Shown one piece after another: positions 59,547 to 64,000 of a stretch of 64,000 nucleotides of DNA. Each line of letters begins with the position of its first letter. The first letter of the stretch is position 1. Source of the stretch: an uncultured Bacilli bacterium. Its GTDB lineage: Bacteria > Bacillota_I > Bacilli_A > RF39 > UBA660. The notes beneath the pieces were generated by a model, which saw nothing but the letters and a program-made list of their open reading frames with translations, did no database searches and was not told the DNA's origin. A program made the position numbers and the translations under genes. Location: assembly GCA_934179675.1 (NCBI GenBank), contig CAKPQS010000001.1, positions 10,154-74,153 on the forward strand, in the 5' to 3' direction.

Positions 59547-59562
59547 TGTTCCACGTGGAACA
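59547..59562. promoter_or_regulatory. parS-like site 3
   Basis: Perfect palindrome, extended to CAATGTTCCACGTGGAACATTG. Confidence 0.75.
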
Positions 59563-59705
59563 TTGTAGTTATTTTAGATAAAATAACATATCATCTGTAT
59601 TTGGCATAAATATATTTTATAAATATTCAATTATTGTTAGCAATAATATAAACACATTAAATTATAATATAAAAAATAAATTTAAATATCAAAATATATT
59701 TTAAT

Positions 59706-59721
59706 GTTTCACGTGGAACAT
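59706..59721. promoter_or_regulatory. parS-like site 4 (TGTTTCACGTGGAACA)
   Basis: Reverse orientation of the B. subtilis parS consensus; starts a 125-bp direct repeat unit. Confidence 0.75.
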
Positions 59722-59810
59722 TAACAAATCTAGATTTATGTAGTTTATCACTTATTTCCCAAAATAATTATTTTAAAATATAGAGTGAAATATTAACTTT
59801 TTTAGATCTA

Positions 59811-59826
59811 TGTTTCACGTGGAACA
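59811..59826. promoter_or_regulatory. parS-like site 5 (TGTTTCACGTGGAACA)
   Basis: Ends the first 125-bp direct repeat unit. Confidence 0.75.
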
Positions 59827-59965
59827 TCAATAAAACTACCAAACTATCATAAATTATTAATTAAATCGTTAAATTTATATTAAATTTCATACAAATTATT
59901 TAATTCAAAATTATAGTTTAGATAAGCAAGTATTTTTATCTTAAAATTTTTATTTATAAAACAAT

Positions 59966-59981
59966 GTTCCACGTGGAACAT
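59966..59981. promoter_or_regulatory. parS-like site 6
   Basis: Perfect palindrome, extended to the 24-bp ACAATGTTCCACGTGGAACATTGT. Confidence 0.75.
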
Positions 59982-60073
59982 TGTATCCAATTTATACAAA
60001 ACAAAATATAAATATTTAATTGTTATAAAAATATTATATTTATGCAAAATAATAATATTAAAAATAGACTAAA

Positions 60074-60125
60074 TAATATAATATAATATAATATAATATA
60101 ATATAATATAATATAATATAATATA
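60074..60125. repeat. (TAATA)n microsatellite, ~10 units
   Basis: aatataatataatataatataatataatataatataatataatata, between parS sites 6 and 7; absent from the equivalent position of the other repeat unit. Confidence 0.85.
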
Positions 60126-60131
60126 TGTTAA

Positions 60132-60147
60132 TGTTCCACGTGAAACA
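60132..60147. promoter_or_regulatory. parS-like site 7 (TGTTCCACGTGAAACA)
   Basis: Exact match to the canonical Firmicutes parS; starts the second 125-bp repeat unit. Confidence 0.75.
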
Positions 60148-60238
60148 TTAACAAATTTAGATTTAAGTAGTTTATCACTTATTTCCCAAAATAATTATTT
60201 TAAAATATAAAGTGAAATATTAACTTTTTTTAGATCTA

Positions 60239-60254
60239 TGTTCCACGTGGAACA
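60239..60254. promoter_or_regulatory. parS-like site 8
   Basis: Perfect palindrome; ends the second 125-bp repeat unit. Confidence 0.75.
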
Positions 60255-60375
60255 TAATAATTTATATATTAAAGAAAAATATTGTTTAAGTACAAAAACA
60301 ATATTTTTTATGTTGCAAATTATATACAATTAAAACTAATTGCATAATTATAATTATTTGGTCATTATTTATTGA

Positions 60376-60391
60376 TGTTCCACGTGGAACA
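60376..60391. promoter_or_regulatory. parS-like site 9
   Basis: Perfect palindrome; its flank (aaactaattgcataatt...tatttattgATGTTCC) resembles the site 2 flank. Confidence 0.75.
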
Positions 60392-60552
60392 TTGTTTTTA
60401 ATATATGCATTTATTATATTATAAATACTTCCACAAAATATTAACCTAAAATATTTTTACATATATTTTCACGAAGAGTTATTAACAAACATTAATGTAG
60501 ACATATTTAAGAAAAAATTATAAATAAAGTTATTAACAAAACTTTCTAATTT

Positions 60553-60585
60553 TAAACAAAAAGAAGAAGTTTAAACTTCTTCCTC
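60553..60585 (-). terminator. rho-independent terminator of gyrA (overlaps the last codons)
   Basis: GAAGAAGTTtaaAACTTCTTC hairpin followed by TTTTTGTTT on the minus strand. Confidence 0.5.
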
Positions 60586-63108
60586 TATATCACTTGTAAC
60601 TATTTCAGCAGAACCAACCTTTTGATCATCACGTAAATTAATTAACTTAACGCCTTGAGCTACACGACCAGTTTGAGAAACCTGATTCAAAGGTAATCTA
60701 ATAATTGTTCCACTACTTGTAATAATCATTAAATCACAATTATCTTTAATCGCCTTAAAAGATACAATTGAACCATTTTTTTCCGTAATATTAAGTGCTT
60801 TTACACCTTTACTACCCCTATGAGTCAAACGATATTCAGAAACTGCTGTTTTTTTACCATAACCATTTTCAGTAACAACTAAAACTAATTCATCAGGTTC
60901 AAAAACTTCCATTCCAATACATTTAGAATTATCGACATTTACACCTTTAACACCAGAAGCAGTACGTCCCATAACACGAATTTCATTTTCATTAAACCTA
61001 ATCATACGTCCATCTGAAGTAGCAAGTATTACCTCATTTGAACCATTTGTTTTTTTAACCGCGATTAATTCATCATTTTCTCTTAAGCTAATTGCAATTT
61101 TACCACTAGTTCTGATATTTTCGAATTCATTTAGTGAAGTTCTCTTAACAATACCAGTTTGTGTACAGAATACAAGATATTTTTTTTGTTCATCGTTTGA
61201 AACAGCGGTCATAACTTTAACATATTCATCTTTAGCAAGTGGTAATAAATTAATAATAGGTAATCCTTTAGATTGACGACTATATAAAGGTACTTCATAT
61301 CCTTTCATACGATATACACGACCTTTATTTGTAAAGAACATAACATAATCATGTGTTGTCATATTTAAAATATGTTTAGCAAAATCCTCTTCGTTTGTAG
61401 TCATTCCTTTAATACCAACACCACCACGATTTTGAATCTTATAAGTATCAGAATTAACACGTTTTATATATCCTTTATTTGTAAACGTAATGATAATATC
61501 TTCGACAGGAATTAATGATTCATCCTCTATATAATCAATTGCACTCATATCAATATGTGTTCTTCTCTCATCTGCATATTTATCTTTAATTTCAAGCATT
61601 TCAGATTTAATAATATCTAAAACTTTTTGATCTGAAGCAAGTATTTCTTTATATTGTTCAATAAGTTTTAATAAATCATTCAATTCATCAATAACCTTAT
61701 CAATTTCCATACCAGTTAATCTTCTTAACTTCATTTCCAAAATTGCATTAGATTGTATATCATCTAAACCAAAATCCTTATTTAATCTTTCTTTAGCAAT
61801 TATATCAGTTTTAGAACCTCTAATTATTTTGATAACAGCATCAATATTGTCTAAAGCAATTTTTAACCCCTCTAAAATATGTACTCTTTCTTCTGCTTTT
61901 TTCAGATCATATCTAGTTCTTCTAATAATTACTTCTTTCTGAAAATCAATATATTTAGAAATAATATCTTTCAATCCTAATGTTCTTGGCGTTAAACCAT
62001 CTAACATTAATAATGTTATACCATAAGTAATTTGAAAATCTGTATGTTTGTATAAATTATTTAAAACAACTTGAGGATTTGCTTCTTTTTTTAAAGTAAT
62101 TATTATCTTAACCCCATCTTTTAAATCAATATGGTAATCAGCAATGCCCTCAATAGTCTTATTATGAACAAGTTCAGCAAGTTTTGTCTTAAGATCAAGT
62201 GTATTAACACCATAAGGAACTTCTGTAACAATAATTTCATTATGACCATCAATTTCTTCAATTGAAGCTTTACTTCTTATTGTAATAGTTCCTTTACCAG
62301 TATCGTATGCTTTTTTTATACCAGAATTTCCTAATATAACAGCACCAGTAGGAAAATCTGGTCCTTTAATATACTGCATAAGACCTAATGTATCAATGTC
62401 AGGATTATCAATATATGCAATACAGCCATCAATAACTTCACCTAAATTATGTGGTGGAATATTAGTAGCCATACCAACTGCAATACCCATAGTTCCATTT
62501 ACCAAAATATTTGGAAATCTAGAAGGTAAAACTTGTGGTTCTTTCCATTCTTCATCAAAATTAGGAACCATATTCACAGTATCTTTATTAATATCTCTTA
62601 AAAGTTCAAGAGAAATTTTAGAAAGACGAGCTTCTGTATAACGCATTGCTGCCGCTCCATCGCCATCAATATTACCAAAATTGCCATGACCATCTACTAA
62701 TGGAGCTCTATAAGAAAAATCTTGAGCCATTCTTACCATTGCTTCATAAATTGATGAATCACCATGTGGATGATAATGTCCCATTACATAACCAACTGTA
62801 GTAGCTGATTTTCTATGTGGTTTATCAGGAGTATAACCACATTCTAACATTGACCACAAAATTCTTCTATGAACAGGTTTTAATCCATCTCTTAAATCTG
62901 GTAAGGCACGTGACGCAATTACACTCATTGAATAATCAAGAAAAGATTTTTCTATTTCAGAAACAATGTTATTTTCTGATAAACTATCTCTTTCATGAAA
63001 AGTACCACCATAAATATTATCAGAATTATCTAATGTGTCAAAATTTGCTAAAGAATTATTATCATTTTTTTTAATATTTTCTTCATTTTTAATAACTTCA
63101 TTATCCAT
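60571..63108 (-). CDS. gyrA: DNA gyrase subunit A
   Basis: 845 aa; AMRYTEARL (active-site Tyr), the QRDR region, GyrA-box-containing C-terminal beta-pinwheel repeats, and an acidic tail. Confidence 0.95.
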   Translation of the reverse strand: MDNEVIKNEENIKKNDNNSLANFDTLDNSDNIYGGTFHERDSLSENNIVSEIEKSFLDYSMSVIASRALPDLRDGLKPVHRRILWSMLECGYTPDKPHRKSATTVGYVMGHYHPHGDSSIYEAMVRMAQDFSYRAPLVDGHGNFGNIDGDGAAAMRYTEARLSKISLELLRDINKDTVNMVPNFDEEWKEPQVLPSRFPNILVNGTMGIAVGMATNIPPHNLGEVIDGCIAYIDNPDIDTLGLMQYIKGPDFPTGAVILGNSGIKKAYDTGKGTITIRSKASIEEIDGHNEIIVTEVPYGVNTLDLKTKLAELVHNKTIEGIADYHIDLKDGVKIIITLKKEANPQVVLNNLYKHTDFQITYGITLLMLDGLTPRTLGLKDIISKYIDFQKEVIIRRTRYDLKKAEERVHILEGLKIALDNIDAVIKIIRGSKTDIIAKERLNKDFGLDDIQSNAILEMKLRRLTGMEIDKVIDELNDLLKLIEQYKEILASDQKVLDIIKSEMLEIKDKYADERRTHIDMSAIDYIEDESLIPVEDIIITFTNKGYIKRVNSDTYKIQNRGGVGIKGMTTNEEDFAKHILNMTTHDYVMFFTNKGRVYRMKGYEVPLYSRQSKGLPIINLLPLAKDEYVKVMTAVSNDEQKKYLVFCTQTGIVKRTSLNEFENIRTSGKIAISLRENDELIAVKKTNGSNEVILATSDGRMIRFNENEIRVMGRTASGVKGVNVDNSKCIGMEVFEPDELVLVVTENGYGKKTAVSEYRLTHRGSKGVKALNITEKNGSIVSFKAIKDNCDLMIITSSGTIIRLPLNQVSQTGRVAQGVKLINLRDDQKVGSAEIVTSDIEEEV

Positions 63109-63117
63109 AATATCCCC

Positions 63118-64000
63118 CTATATATCTAGATTTTGAACATAACCAGCTTTTTCTTCTATAAACTGTCTTCTAGGTCCAACATCTTCTCCCATTAGTTTTT
63201 CAAAAGCAGCATCAGCAGCAATACAATCATTAACTGTAATTCTACGCAATGTTCTTTTTTCTATATCCATGGTAGTTTCATTTAATTCAGGAGGATCCAT
63301 TTCTCCTAAACCTTTCATTCTAGCAATACTTGCTCTAGCTCGTACTTTTTCATCTAAAGAATTTAAATATTCTTGAAGTTCATTTTCATCAAGTACATAT
63401 TTACGCACCTTACCGTGTGTTATTCTAAATAAAGGTGGTTGAGCAGCATAAACATGTCCAGCTTCAACAATTGGTCTAAAAAATCTATAAAATAAAGTAA
63501 GTAACAATACTCTGATATGAGCACCATCAACATCGGCATCAGTCATAATTATAATTTTATTATATCTTAATTTTGAAATATCAAAATCTTCGCCAATTCC
63601 AGTCCCAAAAGCTGTTATAATTGTCCTTATTTCTTCATTTTGTAAGGCTTTATCTAACCTAGCTTTTTCAACATTAAGAATTTTACCTCTTAATGGAAGA
63701 ATTGCTTGTGTCATTGCATCACGACATTTTTTAGCACTACCACCAGCCGAATCTCCCTCGACTATAAAAATTTCTGATACACTATGATCTTTACTTTTGC
63801 AATCAACAAGTTTTCCATAAAAATTACTAATTGCTAAATCACTCTTTCTAGCAACTTCTCGTGCCCTTTTAGCAGCATTTCTACCTCTACATGCTATAAT
63901 ACACTTTTCAACAATTATTTTAGCTTGAGTAGGGTTTTCTAACAAAAATCTTTCAAATCCTTCTGAAAAAACATTATCTGCTAATTTTCTAACTTCTGAA
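63118..64000 (-). CDS. gyrB: DNA gyrase subunit B, C-terminal part (5' end beyond window)
   Basis: Frame open to the window edge; Toprim and tail motifs ([41 protein letters not shown]); immediately upstream of gyrA. Confidence 0.9.
   Translation of the reverse strand, partial: SEVRKLADNVFSEGFERFLLENPTQAKIIVEKCIIACRGRNAAKRAREVARKSDLAISNFYGKLVDCKSKDHSVSEIFIVEGDSAGGSAKKCRDAMTQAILPLRGKILNVEKARLDKALQNEEIRTIITAFGTGIGEDFDISKLRYNKIIIMTDADVDGAHIRVLLLTLFYRFFRPIVEAGHVYAAQPPLFRITHGKVRKYVLDENELQEYLNSLDEKVRARASIARMKGLGEMDPPELNETTMDIEKRTLRRITVNDCIAADAAFEKLMGEDVGPRRQFIEEKAGYVQNLDI

Larger units (their letters stand above)
59704..59827. repeat. 125-bp direct repeat unit, copy 1 (parS-spacer-parS)
   Basis: ~97% identical to 60130-60255: ttaacaaatYtagatttaWgtagtttatcacttatttcccaaaataattattttaaaatatARagtgaaatattaactttttt(t)agatctatg + palindrome. 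Confidence 0.8.
60130..60255. repeat. 125-bp direct repeat unit, copy 2
   Basis: See copy 1; differs by a few substitutions and one T insertion. Confidence 0.8.
59252..60391. repeat. array of nine parS-type 16-bp palindromes (centromere-like ParB-binding sites) in a 1.2-kb AT-rich intergenic region
   Basis: Nine copies of TGTTCCACGTGGAACA or one-mismatch variants (TGTTTCACGTGGAACA, TGTTCCACGTGAAACA = B. subtilis parS consensus TGTTNCACGTGAAACA). Cores start at 59252, 59442, 59547, 59706, 59811, 59966, 60132, 60239 and 60376. No ORF >60 aa lies in the region. Confidence 0.8.

Noticed and set aside
59256-60392. CACGTG 'E-box'-like core, read as binding sites of a bHLH-type or other transcription factor and a promoter cluster.
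   Set aside because: The full 16-mer, not just CACGTG, is conserved and matches parS. There are no downstream genes in appropriate orientation and spacing for nine promoters.
59250-60395. Possible CRISPR array (repeated 16-20-bp element with intervening unique sequence).
   Set aside because: The repeats are perfect palindromes, and the spacers are 90-175 bp and irregular. There are no cas genes, and the sequence equals the parS consensus. It is a ParB-site array, not CRISPR.
59160-60570. An rRNA operon or protein-coding genes expected downstream of gyrA (as in B. subtilis rrnO).
   Set aside because: There is no ORF >60 aa and no rRNA-like sequence (no GC-rich conserved stretches). The region is ~15% GC repeat DNA.
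62396-63074. Plus-strand ORFs of 81 and 85 aa.
   Set aside because: They are shadow frames inside gyrA.

Overview
This is a very AT-rich (~25% GC) Firmicutes chromosome segment, apparently from a spore-former with a reduced genome. It covers the origin-proximal region. About 90% of genes run on the minus strand, from gyrB/gyrA at the right edge leftwards.

Recognisable housekeeping content:
- gyrB (partial), gyrA, a small SRP RNA, tadA, dnaX, ybaB, recR, a bofA-like gene, holB and yaaT.
- yabB-like and rsmI methyltransferase genes, pth, mfd, spoVT, dut, tatD, a yabE-like 3D-domain gene and rsmA.
- An AGCS symporter, ung, tilS, ftsH, gmk, soj/parA, spo0J/parB, a DUF951 gene, an AbgT-family transporter, ychF and rpsF-ssb-rpsR.
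- A degenerate ECF-like module, truA, rplM-rpsI and RlmI-like and RluA-like genes.
- A ZIP transporter (plus strand) and a compact T-box-controlled alaS.
- A cwlD-like amidase, two TasA/CalY-like SipW-cognate secreted proteins, an Abi_2 abortive-infection gene, htrA and sipW.
- ltaS (plus strand), an OatA-like O-acetyltransferase and a thioredoxin-like protein.
- spoIID, a SpoIIQ-like M23 protein, spoIIID, mreB and a prepilin-like protein.
- A DUF421 protein, a NUDIX hydrolase, a NERD protein, typA, ddl (plus strand) and a Mn-catalase 3' fragment.

The most unusual features:
- A 1.2-kb non-coding array of nine parS-type palindromes (TGTTCCACGTGGAACA) sits between gyrA and the SRP RNA/tadA. It looks like a compact chromosomal centromere, and the cognate parA/parB operon lies about 21 kb away.
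- Two tandem, translationally coupled giant paralogous genes of unknown function (22065-27190) lie between alaS and zupT. They are extremely AT-rich and have no recognisable motifs.
- alaS is domain-minimal (no C-Ala domain) and sits behind a T-box leader.
- An Abi_2 gene is inserted into the sipW/tasA-like cluster.
- The ABC/ECF-like genes between rpsR and truA are heavily degenerate.
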